Part shown: positions 1 through 10,037 of the stretch, in pieces
Numbering within the stretch: position 1 is the first letter of the stretch
Layout of the letters: each line of letters starts with the position of its first letter
NCBI GenBank assembly: GCA_046484345.1
Contig: JAWOJA010000067.1
Location: forward strand, 22,905-86,904
Reading direction: 5' to 3'
Origin: Kiritimatiellia bacterium
Lineage (GTDB): Bacteria > Verrucomicrobiota > Kiritimatiellia > CAIKKV01
DNA length: 64,000 nt
Notes under the pieces: model-generated
What the model was told of the DNA's origin: nothing
The model's database searches: none
The model's input: only the letters and a program-made list of their open reading frames with translations
Made by a program: the position numbers and the translations under genes

Positions 1-20
1 TGACGGAGGACGAGACTCAT
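1..20 (-). CDS. 5' end of a gene running off the left edge (MSLVLR...)
   Basis: ATG at 20-18 on the minus strand preceded by AAAGGAAG (RBS-like); only 6 codons are visible. Confidence 0.3.
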
Positions 21-107
21 CGGGACTTCCTTTCGTTTAATAAGACAAATGAAGCGCTTTAAAATAACAGGAGTAAGAATATGAATCAAGCATCAGTCTA
101 TTGGGGC

Positions 108-136
108 TTGATTTCGGAGCGGCAGGGCGATATAGT
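108..136 (+). promoter_or_regulatory. sigma70-type promoter for tRNA-Gln
   Basis: TTGATT(108-113)-N17-TATAGT(131-136), about 30 bp upstream of the tRNA. Confidence 0.6.
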
Positions 137-164
137 AAACCCGTTTTTACTGATCTTTTAAGAC

Positions 165-238
165 TGCCCGATGGTGTAATGGTAGCACAACAGACTCTGA
201 ATCTGTTTGTCAAGGTTCAAGTCCTTGTCGGGCAACCA
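165..238 (+). tRNA. tRNA-Gln (anticodon CTG)
   Basis: Acceptor stem TGCCCGA/TCGGGCA, D-loop TAATGGTA, anticodon arm ACAGA-ctCTGaa-TCTGT, T-loop GGTTCAAGTCC, encoded CCA end. Confidence 0.97.
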
Positions 239-248
239 ATTGAGGAAT

Positions 249-1523
249 TCAATCGATTCCGGCAGGAAGGCTGAACCAGAACGTGGCGCCCTGCTCCGGT
301 CCGGACTCCACCCAGATTCGCCCGCCATGGCGCTCCACGATTTTTTTGCAGATAGCCAAACCGATGCCGGTGCCCGGATATTCCTCCCGCCCGTGCAGTC
401 GTTCGAAGACTTTGAAAATCCGTTCGGAATCGGCTGGCGCGATTCCGATTCCGTTATCGGCCACATGGATCAGCCATTCGCCGGCATCCTGTTTGGCCCC
501 AATCGAAATTACAGGGCGGCGACCCTCCACGCGGAACTTGAGGGCATTGCCGATCAAGTTCTGGAACAACCGTTTCATTTGAGCCGCATCGGCCTTTACC
601 GTGGGCAGCGGGCTGACGGTGATCTCCGCGTGGAGTTCTTCTATGCCGGATCCCAGGTTGGCAATGGCGTCGTTGGCAGCGGCCGTCAGATCCATCGCCG
701 TCGGCTCCTTGCCTTCGGCGCCGACCCGCGCATATTCCAGCAGATCTTTAATCAGGGCCGACATGCGGCTTGCTCCGTCGACCGAAAAACCGATGAACTC
801 CTGCGCCTTCTCGTCGAGCTGCCCCTTGTACCTGTCCCTTAAAAGGGACAGGAATCCGCCCACCGCGCGCAGCGGCTCCTGGAGATCGTGGCTGGCGACG
901 TAGGCGAACTGTTCGAGATCTTTGTTGGACCGGGCCAGCTCCGCTTCCTTCTGGCGCAGCGCCGCCTGCTGTTCGTGTAGCTGCCGGATCAGGTCCGTGG
1001 AATTTTCCAGCTCGGTCAGGTTGGAGGCGACAACGCAGACGCTCGCGCCCTCGGGCAGGTTCAGCAGGTTGGCCGAAACGAGCGCCGGGACGGCCGTGCC
1101 GTCGCCGGCCTGCAGCACGAGGCGGAGTTTGACAGGGCGACTTTGCGCGGAGAGAATCAAAGAGGCGGCGGCCTCCCGATCGCTTTCGGAAACAAATTCT
1201 TGCATAGGATGTCCGATAATCTTCACCAACGGCCGCGTGACGAGCTGTCCGAACTGGGTGTTGCAGAACAGGATATTGCCGTCGAGCGTGACGGTGAAGG
1301 CGGCTTCCTGCATGGTCTCGATGATAAGCCTGTAAACCGTGTCGGCGCCCGCGAACGAAAAGATTTTACTATTGTCGTCCGAGCCGATGACGGCGTCGAC
1401 CTCTCCCTCGCGAATGGCGCGCAGCGTTTCCTCGGCTTCCGCCAAGCGGACACGCACCGCGTCAATTTGCTCCCGCAAAGACTGTCCCTTTTTTGTTTCT
1501 GTCATGTCGGGGGCTAGGGGCAT
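249..1523 (-). CDS. PAS-domain sensor histidine kinase downstream of kaiB
   Basis: H-box ASHDLQEPLR, N-box FQNLIGNALKF, G boxes DNGIGI and GTGIGLAIC, one PAS domain. Start set at ATG 1523 after AAGGAG, just past the kaiB stop; the ORF track's 1724 start overlaps kaiB. Confidence 0.92.
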   Translation of the reverse strand: MPLAPDMTETKKGQSLREQIDAVRVRLAEAEETLRAIREGEVDAVIGSDDNSKIFSFAGADTVYRLIIETMQEAAFTVTLDGNILFCNTQFGQLVTRPLVKIIGHPMQEFVSESDREAAASLILSAQSRPVKLRLVLQAGDGTAVPALVSANLLNLPEGASVCVVASNLTELENSTDLIRQLHEQQAALRQKEAELARSNKDLEQFAYVASHDLQEPLRAVGGFLSLLRDRYKGQLDEKAQEFIGFSVDGASRMSALIKDLLEYARVGAEGKEPTAMDLTAAANDAIANLGSGIEELHAEITVSPLPTVKADAAQMKRLFQNLIGNALKFRVEGRRPVISIGAKQDAGEWLIHVADNGIGIAPADSERIFKVFERLHGREEYPGTGIGLAICKKIVERHGGRIWVESGPEQGATFWFSLPAGID

Positions 1524-1525
1524 GG

Positions 1526-1852
1526 TTACTCCTTGGGGCGAATGTCCAGCCCGGCCAGGATCCTGTTTTGATCCGTAAGGTTGCCGATGAATCGCCTCAC
1601 CGGCGCAGGCTGGTTTTTGATCAGCGTGGGAACGGCCACGATCTGATCTCTCTTGGCGAGAGCGGGTTGCTGGTAAATGTCGATAACCTCCAGATCGCAA
1701 CGCCCTTCCAGGTGGGTCGAGCAAATATCGGTAATCGAGCGGATGGCGGCGGAGGAGCGTGGCGTGATGCCCGCCACATAGAGCCGCAACACGTAGTGTT
1801 GTTCACGGGAGGCCGTTTTTTTGAGGCGCGTTTTTTTCGGGCGCTCTTTCAT
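1526..1852 (-). CDS. kaiB: KaiB-family circadian clock protein
   Basis: YVLRLYVAGITPRS...LEVIDIYQQP...IVAVPTLIK...PVRRFIGNL, the KaiB signature. Confidence 0.95.
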   Translation of the reverse strand: MKERPKKTRLKKTASREQHYVLRLYVAGITPRSSAAIRSITDICSTHLEGRCDLEVIDIYQQPALAKRDQIVAVPTLIKNQPAPVRRFIGNLTDQNRILAGLDIRPKE

Positions 1853-1857
1853 TTTTG

Positions 1858-3558
1858 CTAATCCGCTTTTCGTGCCAGCGCTATTTGCCGCCGTCCCCTG
1901 TACGTAATTTTTTGCCGTTCACCGGCTTGGTTTTTGGCAATATTTAATTCCGCCCGGATGCCCGCGCGGCGCTTTGCAATGAGATCGGCCTGACCGCGCA
2001 AGGAGGACTGTTCCTGATCCAATTCTCGTTGTCGCCGCTCGGCTGTCTGTTGAGAGGCCACGGTTTTGGCCTCATCGCTGGCCTCCTGTACCAGGCGGGC
2101 GGAACCGGTGAGCACCTCGTCCGGGCCCACGTAGACGTCCACCAGTTGGATGCCGTCGCTGCTGAGATGGACCTCTCGCATCTGGTTGGAGTGAGCCATG
2201 CCCCGGCTCTTGAGCACGAAAAGGAGCCGGTTCCGCTCATTCCTCGATTCCAATATGCGAATCAGAATCCACGTGTCCATCAGAGATGAAATGTTGATGT
2301 CGTTTTGCCCAAGGGGGTCGCCGAACCACGTGAGAAAGGTAAACAGGGACGTGATCCCCATATTCTTCAGATAGTCGATGAGCCGGATCAGCATCAACCT
2401 CGCCTCGGGTTGCTCGCTCGTCGGCGTCAGGTCGGTAATCGAGTCGATGGCCATCGCGTCGGGTTTGAATTCGTTGACCAGTTTGTGAAGCGTTGCCAGA
2501 TGCATCTCCAGGCCGTACAAAGTGGGACGAACCGTATGAAACTTAAGCTGACCGGTTGTCCGCCATTTCTCGAGATTAATTCCTATGGAACGCATGTTCC
2601 GGATAATCTGATCGGCCGGTTCCTCAAACGAGACTAGCAGAAACTTGCCGCCGTCCCGGCAGATGCTTTCGGCGAATGCGCACGCCAGGCTCGTCTTGCC
2701 CGTACCGGGCGTGCCGGACATCAGGATGGTGCTGCCGCGGTAGTATCCTTTGCCGTCCAGCATGGCGTCCAGCCGAGGGATCCCGGTGGAGACCCGTTTC
2801 GAGGAAACGGTGTAGGACAGCCCAGCGGAACTGATCGGCAGTACGGAGAGGCCTGTTTCGTCGATCAGCGTGGGATACTCGTTCGTTCCGTGTTGCGATC
2901 CGCGGTATTTCACCACGCGCAGGCGGCGCGTTGAGATCTGGTTGTGAATCCGGTGATCCAGAAATATCACGCAGTCGCTGATGTACTCCTCGATGCCGTG
3001 ACGCGACAGCGACTTCTGGCCCTGTTCGCCCGTTATGATGGCGGTGACGCCCTTTTTCTTCAGCCATAGGAACAGGCGTTGAAGCTCCGACCGAAGAATA
3101 CCCTCATTTGTCAGACATGCAAAAAGCACATCAATGGCGTCCAGCACAACGCGCTTGGCGCCGACCTGCCGGATCATCATATCGAGTCGGACAAAAAGGC
3201 CTTCCAGATTATATTCGCCGCTCTCTTCCATTTCGCCTCGTTCGAGATGGACGTGGTCGATTGCCATCTTATTTTGACCGATCAGGCCGTTGACATCGAA
3301 CCCCAGAGAGGAAACGTTTACGGCAAGGTCCTCGGCGGTCTCCTCGAACGACATGAAGGCTCCAGGTTCGTTGAATTGGGTGATGCCGCGCACAATGAAC
3401 TCCATCGCCAGCAACGTTTTGCCCGATCCGGCGCCGCCGCAGACCAGCGAGACGCGCCCGCGGGGCAATCCCCCACACGTGACTTCATCCAAACCAGTGA
3501 TGCCGGTCGGGCATTTTCTCAATTTGGGAATAGCTCGGACGGTGTGTTTCTTTTTCAT
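1858..3558 (-). CDS. kaiC: KaiC-family double RecA-type ATPase with C-terminal coiled coil
   Basis: Two Walker A motifs (GGAGSGKT, GTPGTGKT), SFEE catalytic pairs in both domains, KYRGSQH and KSRGMAHS, phospho-site region ISSLMDTW, VLTGSAR tail. Confidence 0.96.
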   Translation of the reverse strand: MKKKHTVRAIPKLRKCPTGITGLDEVTCGGLPRGRVSLVCGGAGSGKTLLAMEFIVRGITQFNEPGAFMSFEETAEDLAVNVSSLGFDVNGLIGQNKMAIDHVHLERGEMEESGEYNLEGLFVRLDMMIRQVGAKRVVLDAIDVLFACLTNEGILRSELQRLFLWLKKKGVTAIITGEQGQKSLSRHGIEEYISDCVIFLDHRIHNQISTRRLRVVKYRGSQHGTNEYPTLIDETGLSVLPISSAGLSYTVSSKRVSTGIPRLDAMLDGKGYYRGSTILMSGTPGTGKTSLACAFAESICRDGGKFLLVSFEEPADQIIRNMRSIGINLEKWRTTGQLKFHTVRPTLYGLEMHLATLHKLVNEFKPDAMAIDSITDLTPTSEQPEARLMLIRLIDYLKNMGITSLFTFLTWFGDPLGQNDINISSLMDTWILIRILESRNERNRLLFVLKSRGMAHSNQMREVHLSSDGIQLVDVYVGPDEVLTGSARLVQEASDEAKTVASQQTAERRQRELDQEQSSLRGQADLIAKRRAGIRAELNIAKNQAGERQKITYRGRRQIALARKAD

Positions 3559-3737
3559 GGCCAGGGCACGAACCTTTCGGAAGACGCAGGCATAATAGAA
3601 AGCCTATCCTCCGCCGGCTATGGGCTGTTCACCCTACAAAGCGCGTTGCAGGTAGTCCGCCGGTGGCGATGGCGGGCTCGCCGCCGGGCGATAATTTCTA
3701 ATTGAGGGACAACACGCCGGGGCATCCGGCAGTCCCC

Positions 3738-5630
3738 CTAGCCCAGCCGGTTTTTTTTCAGCAGGACCGAGAGGATGGCAATGTCCGCCGGCGTGACCCC
3801 CGGAATGCGCGAGGCCTGGCCCAAGTTGTCAGGCCGTATTTTCTTTAACTTTTCACGCGTTTCAAACCGGAGAAAAGGCATGGAATCGAAGTCTAAATTA
3901 CTCATAAGCAGTTGGAGTTCAAGCACTTGCATCGATTGCAGCTGTTGCTGCTCGCGCTGGATGTAGCCTTCGTACTTGATGCGGATCTCGACCTGTGACG
4001 CTAACTCAGGGGGAAGCTCAGCCCCCTTCGGCAGGTCGGCATAATGGACCTCGGGGCGGCGCAGCCGTTGCGCCAGGGACCCGTCGGCAATAAAGCAGTG
4101 ATTCAACCGATCGATCTCAGATTCGATGCGGTGCTCCTCGGCTTCAATGGCGGCCAGGATAGCTGGCGCCAGCAGGCCCGCTTCCCGGGCACGTGAAGCC
4201 AATCGGTAACAGGCGTTGTCCTGCCTCAGCGAAAGTCGGGATTCGGAACGTGAGGTGAACATCCGGTACGGTTCATCAGTGCCCTTGGTCACCAGGTCGT
4301 CGATGAGAATTCCGATGTAGCTTTCCAGGCGAGAAATTTCAAATGGGGGCAGCCCCTTTATCTGGTGGACCGCATTCACCCCGGCCACAAAACCTTGTGC
4401 CGCCGCTTCCTCGTAACCGGTTGTGCCATTGATTTGGCCCGCAAAAAACAGCCCCCCCACCCGCTTGCTTTCCAGGGTGTGCTTGAGCTGCGTGGGGTCG
4501 GAGTAATCGTATTCAATCGCATACGCCGGTTGGAGAAAGACCGCTTTCTCCAGTCCAGGAATCGAACGGATCATCTTTTCTTGAACGGGCACTGGAAGAC
4601 TATTGCTCGTTCCGTTGGGATAAAGCTCGAGCGAATCGCGTCCCTCCGGCTCAATGAAGACATGATGCGCATCTTTGGAGGCGAATTTGACCACTTTATC
4701 TTCGATCGAAGGGCAATAACGGGCGCCCGTCCCCGAGATCAGCCCGCCATAAAGCGCGCTTTCGTGTAAGTGGGACTGAATGAGCGCATGTGTTTCCCGG
4801 GTGGTATGGGTTAGGAAACAGGGAAGCTGATGGTGGCCCAGCGGCCAGGGACGCAAAGCGGAGAGTGGATGTTCCATGTGGAACAGGGGGTTGTTTTGTT
4901 CCACGTGGAACAAGGACCATTCTCCCCTGCCCGTCCTGGAGAAAAAAGGAGGAGGCTCTTCACCCGGTTGGATGCTCATCCGGCTAAAATCAACCGAATC
5001 GCGGTGGAGTCGTGGCGGGGTCCCTGTTTTTAACCGGGCCATCGAAAATCCCAGCGCTTTGAGACTCTGGCCCAAGGAGACCGACGCCTCTTCCCCGATT
5101 CGGCCGCCGGAAACCTTTTCCTTCCCAATAAAAATCTCGCCATTAATAAAAGTTCCGGCGGCGATGATCAGGGCGCGACATTCAAGTTGTCGTCCGTCCC
5201 GTAGCTTTACTCCCGAAACATGCTCGCCGTTTGTTATAATCGACTCGACCATGCCGTCGACACAGGTGAGGTTGGGGGTCGAGTGCACCACGGCCCGCAT
5301 GCGGGTCGAATAGGCGGCTTTGTCGCATTGCGCCCGGTTCGCCCGCACGGCGGGCCCCTTTTTCGTATTCAAAACGCGGAATTGAATCCCGGTGTAATCG
5401 GTGTTGATGGCCATTTCGCCGCCCAGGGCGTCCAATTCGAATACAAGATGGGACTTGGCGATCCCGCCAATCGAGGGATTGCAGGACATTCTGCCGATGG
5501 CCAGGCGATCCATGGTTACGAGCGCGGTCTTGACGCCCAGGCGCGACGCGGCCAAAGCGGCTTCACAGCCGGCATGACCGCCGCCAATGATGATGACGGC
5601 GAAGGTGGAGGAGGGCAGGGAGGTAGCCAT
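3738..5630 (-). CDS. mnmG: tRNA uridine-5-carboxymethylaminomethyl(34) synthesis enzyme MnmG (GidA)
   Basis: [66 protein letters not shown]; start set at ATG 5630. Confidence 0.97.
   Translation of the reverse strand: MATSLPSSTFAVIIIGGGHAGCEAALAASRLGVKTALVTMDRLAIGRMSCNPSIGGIAKSHLVFELDALGGEMAINTDYTGIQFRVLNTKKGPAVRANRAQCDKAAYSTRMRAVVHSTPNLTCVDGMVESIITNGEHVSGVKLRDGRQLECRALIIAAGTFINGEIFIGKEKVSGGRIGEEASVSLGQSLKALGFSMARLKTGTPPRLHRDSVDFSRMSIQPGEEPPPFFSRTGRGEWSLFHVEQNNPLFHMEHPLSALRPWPLGHHQLPCFLTHTTRETHALIQSHLHESALYGGLISGTGARYCPSIEDKVVKFASKDAHHVFIEPEGRDSLELYPNGTSNSLPVPVQEKMIRSIPGLEKAVFLQPAYAIEYDYSDPTQLKHTLESKRVGGLFFAGQINGTTGYEEAAAQGFVAGVNAVHQIKGLPPFEISRLESYIGILIDDLVTKGTDEPYRMFTSRSESRLSLRQDNACYRLASRAREAGLLAPAILAAIEAEEHRIESEIDRLNHCFIADGSLAQRLRRPEVHYADLPKGAELPPELASQVEIRIKYEGYIQREQQQLQSMQVLELQLLMSNLDFDSMPFLRFETREKLKKIRPDNLGQASRIPGVTPADIAILSVLLKKNRLG
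4870..4885. promoter_or_regulatory. parS (ParB-binding centromere) site, one mismatch
   Basis: TGTTCCATGTGGAACA versus the parS consensus TGTTNCACGTGNAACA. Confidence 0.75.
4897..4912. promoter_or_regulatory. parS (ParB-binding centromere) site, perfect palindrome
   Basis: TGTTCCACGTGGAACA, a perfect 16-bp palindrome matching the parS consensus. Confidence 0.88.
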
Positions 5631-5632
5631 GG

Positions 5633-6997
5633 TTACTTGCCTATGCAAAAGCGTGAGAAAATCTGATCGAGCATGTCGTTATAGTAAGTCCGTCCGGTTA
5701 AACGACCCAGCAACTCGGCCGCTTCGCGCAAATGGGCCGCTGCTGGCACAAGCCCTTCGCCCGAAATCGTCTCCTCCAGGTCAAGTGCCGAAGATAGAGC
5801 TGAGCGGGCTTGGAAAAGCAACTGAAAGTGTCGTTCTGAAATCGTGGCATGCGGGGCTCTCTGCGGGTGACGATCCAACGCATTCGCAAGGGCGGTATGC
5901 AACGCCTGTAGCCCAGTGCCGTCTTTCAAGGACATAGTTAATATTTCGTAACCATCGTATTTGGAAGCGTTTACGACAGAGCAAAGGTCTGTTTTGTTCA
6001 TCAAGACAAACGTTTGTTTCGGCTTGGATTCGCGGATGCTGGCCAGGTCCGTCGTGGAAAACGGAATTGAGGCGTCGACCAGGTGTAGGCGGATGTCCGC
6101 TTTCTCTATGCACGCCTGCGCCCGCGCAATCCCCTCCTTTTCAATCGCACAGCCCGTCTCGCGCAGTCCGGCGGTATCGACCAGCCGGATCGGCAAGCCG
6201 TTCAATACAAACGTTTCCTCCAGGATGTCCCGGGTTGTGCCAGGAACCGGGGAGACAATGGCTCGCTCCCGGCCGAGCAATCGATTGAGTAGGGTGGATT
6301 TGCCGGCATTGGGGCGACCCGATATCACCACCAAAGCGCCCTCCCGGAGACGATGCCCTTCCTCCCATGTGGCGAGCAGTTCATCTAACGCATCAACCGT
6401 GTTTCGAACAGCTTGCATCGATTGTAGGGCCAAATCATCCGGAAAATCCTCTTCCGGAAAGTCCAGTGTGGCCTCCAGATCCGCCGCCGCGTGGATCACG
6501 CGATCATAAATCCCGCGCATCGTCTCGCTCAGCCGCCCCGCCAGTTGTTCCACGGCAGACGAGGCCGCCCGGGCCGATTGGGCGCCAATCAAGTCCATAA
6601 CCGCTTCCGCCTGCACGAGGTCCAGCCGGCCGTTGAGAAAAGCCCGCCGTGTGAATTCACCCGGCTCCGCCGATCGCGCACCGCACTCCAAAACACGGCG
6701 CAAGATGCGGCGCGCGCTTTCCTGGCCGCCATGGCATTGGATCTCGACCACCTCTTCGCGCGTATAGCTTTTTGGGGCACGAAAGATCAGTAACAGGCAT
6801 TCGTCCAAAATCCCTTCGGAGCCCAGCACTTTTCCATACACAAAGGTCCCGCCGGGCCGACGGGAGGGCGGGGGAGCGGCGCACCGGAAAAGCCGGTCGG
6901 CGATTTCCAAACTGGCCGGCCCCGAGAGCCGAATCACGGCAATGGCGGCCGTTCCCGGCGCCGTGGCGATGGCGGCAATGGTGTCCTGCGTATGCAT
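5633..6997 (-). CDS. mnmE: tRNA modification GTPase MnmE (TrmE)
   Basis: [46 protein letters not shown]-terminal FCIGK. Confidence 0.97.
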   Translation of the reverse strand: MHTQDTIAAIATAPGTAAIAVIRLSGPASLEIADRLFRCAAPPPSRRPGGTFVYGKVLGSEGILDECLLLIFRAPKSYTREEVVEIQCHGGQESARRILRRVLECGARSAEPGEFTRRAFLNGRLDLVQAEAVMDLIGAQSARAASSAVEQLAGRLSETMRGIYDRVIHAAADLEATLDFPEEDFPDDLALQSMQAVRNTVDALDELLATWEEGHRLREGALVVISGRPNAGKSTLLNRLLGRERAIVSPVPGTTRDILEETFVLNGLPIRLVDTAGLRETGCAIEKEGIARAQACIEKADIRLHLVDASIPFSTTDLASIRESKPKQTFVLMNKTDLCSVVNASKYDGYEILTMSLKDGTGLQALHTALANALDRHPQRAPHATISERHFQLLFQARSALSSALDLEETISGEGLVPAAAHLREAAELLGRLTGRTYYNDMLDQIFSRFCIGK

Positions 6998-7218
6998 GAA
7001 GTTTCAGTATACAGCTTCACCCCGGATTTTGCCATCTTCTCGTGTGACTGTCGAAAAAGGTGGGGCAGGGGGGGGGCTGCGCGCCCGCTCGAGGACCGGA
7101 GATGAAAGAGGATGGGTCTTGCGGCCTGACCCGCTTTGTTTTAAAGTTAAAACAGAAACAAGAACTCCTCAAACATTTCCATATCCGGTTATGAACCGGC
7201 AGGCAAAGGAGCTGGGCG

Positions 7219-7695
7219 TTGAATGATTTAAGTGATGCGGCACGCGTGGATAAGGCGACCCAGGAGCCCTTTTCCATTTCCGTGCGCGTGACCTACGCCG
7301 ACACGGACCAGATGAACATGGTGTACCACGCCAACTACCTGGTCTATTTCGAGATGGCCCGAACGGAACTGCTGCGCGCCTACGGGTTGCCCTACGCGCG
7401 GCTGGAATCCCTCGGCGTGCTGTTGCCGGTTGTGGAAGCGCATTGCGCGTACCGAAGCCCCGCGCGCTACGACGACGTGCTGACCGTTCAGGCCGTTCCC
7501 GAAATCACGGGCAACGTCCGTTTCCGTATTCACTACGCCGTCTGCCGCGACGGGGAGCGCCTGGTAACCGGGTATAGCGACCACGCCTGCGTGGGGCGGG
7601 ACGGCCGGCCCCTGCGCAGGCATGGCGATTTGCAGCGCGTCCTGGAGAAGGCCATTGCCGAACGCGGGGCCGCCGCCCCGGGAGGAGGAGCATGA
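7219..7695 (+). CDS. YbgC/FadM-family acyl-CoA thioesterase
   Basis: RVTYADTDQMNMVYHANYLVYFEMAR hotdog-fold motif; start codon uncertain. Confidence 0.88.
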   Translation: MNDLSDAARVDKATQEPFSISVRVTYADTDQMNMVYHANYLVYFEMARTELLRAYGLPYARLESLGVLLPVVEAHCAYRSPARYDDVLTVQAVPEITGNVRFRIHYAVCRDGERLVTGYSDHACVGRDGRPLRRHGDLQRVLEKAIAERGAAAPGGGA

Positions 7696-8774
7696 CGGAT
7701 CCCCGTGTCACCGCCCAAGCCCGGATCCTGGTCCGCTACTGCGTGGACGCCCGCGAAGGGCAGCAGATCGGCGTCTCGGGCACCTCGCTGGCCGAACCGC
7801 TTCTCGAAGACGTCTGCGAAGAGCTGTACCGAATCGGCGCTTTCCCCGCGCTGCGCATGAGCCCCTGCAACCTGACGGAAAAGTATTTCCGCGTCGGGAA
7901 GGAGAACCTGTTTAAAACGCTGCCGTCGTTCCAGCTCGATTATGCCCGCCGGATGGATGCGACCATCGGCGTGCAGTCGGAGGGGAACACGCGCGGCCTT
8001 ACCGGCGCGGATCCCGCCCGGTTTTCCGCGCTGGCGAAAACCATGCGGCCGGTCCGGAAAATCCTGATGCGCAAGCGGTGGGTGACGACCGTGTTCCCGA
8101 CGGCCGCCTACGCCCAGGACGCCGAGATGAGCCTTTCCGAATTCGAAGACTATGTCTTTGCCGCGCAGTTTGCGGACGAGCGGGACCCCCTGCGGCGCTG
8201 GGCCGAACTTCACCGCCTGCAGGAGCGGCTGATTGGCAAGCTGAAGGGGGCGGATAAAATCCGCATCGAGGGGCCCGACACCGGTCTCACTTTCTCCGTC
8301 AAGGGGCGCACCTTTATCAACTCCGACGGAAAACGGAACATGCCCAGCGGCGAAATTTTTACCGGCCCGGTTGAAGACTCGGTCGAGGGGCACATCCGGT
8401 TCGATTTTCCCGTGTGCGTTCAAGGGCGGGAAGTGGCCGGCATCCGGCTCGTCTTCAAAAAAGGAAAAGTGGTGGAGGCGTCGGCCGACAAGAACCAGGC
8501 GTTCCTGCTCACGATGCTTGATTCCGATCCGGGCGCGCGCCGCCTGGGCGAACTGGGCATCGGCACGCATCCGAAAATCAACCGGTTCATCCGCAACATC
8601 CTGTTTGACGAAAAAATCGGCGGCACCATCCACCTGGCGCTGGGGCAGTCCTATCCCGAGACGGGCGGGCGGAACAAGTCGTCCCTGCATTGGGACCTGA
8701 TCCGCGACTTGCGCAAAGGCGGGCGGCTGACGGTCGACGGCCGGGTGTTCCAGAAAGACGGGCGATTTGTGTAG
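7692..8774 (+). CDS. M29-family aminopeptidase (AmpS/AmpT type)
   Basis: NMPSGEIFTGP, GARRLGELGIG, LFDEKIGGTIHLALG, SSLHWDL. Confidence 0.92.
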   Translation: MTDPRVTAQARILVRYCVDAREGQQIGVSGTSLAEPLLEDVCEELYRIGAFPALRMSPCNLTEKYFRVGKENLFKTLPSFQLDYARRMDATIGVQSEGNTRGLTGADPARFSALAKTMRPVRKILMRKRWVTTVFPTAAYAQDAEMSLSEFEDYVFAAQFADERDPLRRWAELHRLQERLIGKLKGADKIRIEGPDTGLTFSVKGRTFINSDGKRNMPSGEIFTGPVEDSVEGHIRFDFPVCVQGREVAGIRLVFKKGKVVEASADKNQAFLLTMLDSDPGARRLGELGIGTHPKINRFIRNILFDEKIGGTIHLALGQSYPETGGRNKSSLHWDLIRDLRKGGRLTVDGRVFQKDGRFV

Positions 8775-8840
8775 CGCGGCATGCGCCGGAGCGATATTCT
8801 GCAGGGGCGGGCGGCAACTTCCAACGAGGCGAGGGCGGAG

Positions 8841-10037
8841 ATGATTTCGAAAGCGTTGATTGACCGATTGTTCGGGGCGGCCTCCATCCAGCGATGGAAC
8901 GACCATGTGCGGCCCGTCGAATTGACCGAATTGGACAAACAGGCCCACAAGGCGTTCATCATGTTCCTGCTCGCCAAGTTTGAGGAAGACCGCCAGCCCA
9001 ATCCCCCGCTCGACTGGGCTTTTCTCATCGACGGATTGATTTTTGAATTGCTGCCGCGCGTGGTGCTGACGGATATCAAGGCCCCGTTTTTTCACCGGCT
9101 CATGAAGACCCACGGGGACAAGGTGAACCGGTATGTGCTCAAGGAGCTGGAACCGGAACTGGAATGGATGGGCGATTTCCACACGCGGCTGGCCGCCTAC
9201 CTGAATGGGGACCGGGAGGGGAGCCTGGAGCGCCGCATCCTGAAGGCCGCCCATTACCTGGCCACGCAGTGGGAATTCCGCCTGGTCTATCACAGCGGGC
9301 CGTTCCTCTACGATATCGATAAAACCCGGGCGGGGATCGAGAACCAGCTTGAGGACTACATCGACCTGTTGGGCGTCCGGAAGATCAGTCTCAAGCAGAA
9401 GGCCTATGGCTTTGTGGATCTTTGCGGGCAGCTTCGCTTTCAGCAGCGCTGGGCGCAGACCCCGCGCATGCCGAGCACGTCGGTGCTCGGCCACTCGCTC
9501 TTTACCGCCGTCCTGACTTACCTCTTCGAGACCGGCCGCGGCTTTTGTCCCGCCCGCCGCCGCAACAATTTTCTCGGCGCACTGATGCACGATCTTCCGG
9601 AGGTGTTCACGCGCGACATCATTTCGCCGGTCAAGCGGTCGTTCGAGGAGCTCGAAAAATTTGTGGAACAGGAAGAGCGTTTCCTGGTTCGCGATTCGCT
9701 GTTGCCGCTTTTGCCGGACACCTGGCACGACCAGATGATCTATTTCATCGAAAAACCGTTCGAAAACCGGATCCGCGAAAACGGCGAGCGCCGCACGGTG
9801 ACGCTGGAAGAGCTGGATGCCACCTACAACACGGATGCTTTTGACGGGGTGGACGGAGCGCTCATCAAAAGTTGCGATCTCCTGAGCGCCATGATCGAAG
9901 CCGGCAAATCGATTGAAATCGGAATTGGCTCTCCCGCGTTGCGGGCGGGGGTGAAGCAGATCATGAAGGACCGGCAGAAAAAAACGGACAACTCCGTGCC
10001 GCTCGATTATTTTGAAATGTACAAACCGGCGGGCTGA
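8841..10037 (+). CDS. HD-domain protein with tandem YfbR-like domains
   Basis: Two similar units: SIQRWNDH...TDIKAP and QQRWAQ...VLGHS...MHDLPEVFTRDIISPVK; start ATG 8841 (alternative 8781). Confidence 0.8.
   Translation: MISKALIDRLFGAASIQRWNDHVRPVELTELDKQAHKAFIMFLLAKFEEDRQPNPPLDWAFLIDGLIFELLPRVVLTDIKAPFFHRLMKTHGDKVNRYVLKELEPELEWMGDFHTRLAAYLNGDREGSLERRILKAAHYLATQWEFRLVYHSGPFLYDIDKTRAGIENQLEDYIDLLGVRKISLKQKAYGFVDLCGQLRFQQRWAQTPRMPSTSVLGHSLFTAVLTYLFETGRGFCPARRRNNFLGALMHDLPEVFTRDIISPVKRSFEELEKFVEQEERFLVRDSLLPLLPDTWHDQMIYFIEKPFENRIRENGERRTVTLEELDATYNTDAFDGVDGALIKSCDLLSAMIEAGKSIEIGIGSPALRAGVKQIMKDRQKKTDNSVPLDYFEMYKPAG

Noticed and set aside
158-842. ORFs 158..466 (-) and 207..842 (+)
   Set aside because: They overlap the tRNA and the kinase gene; spurious
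239-3737. kai operon as an island integrated at tRNA-Gln
   Set aside because: No duplicated tRNA 3' end and no integrase found; adjacency alone is insufficient
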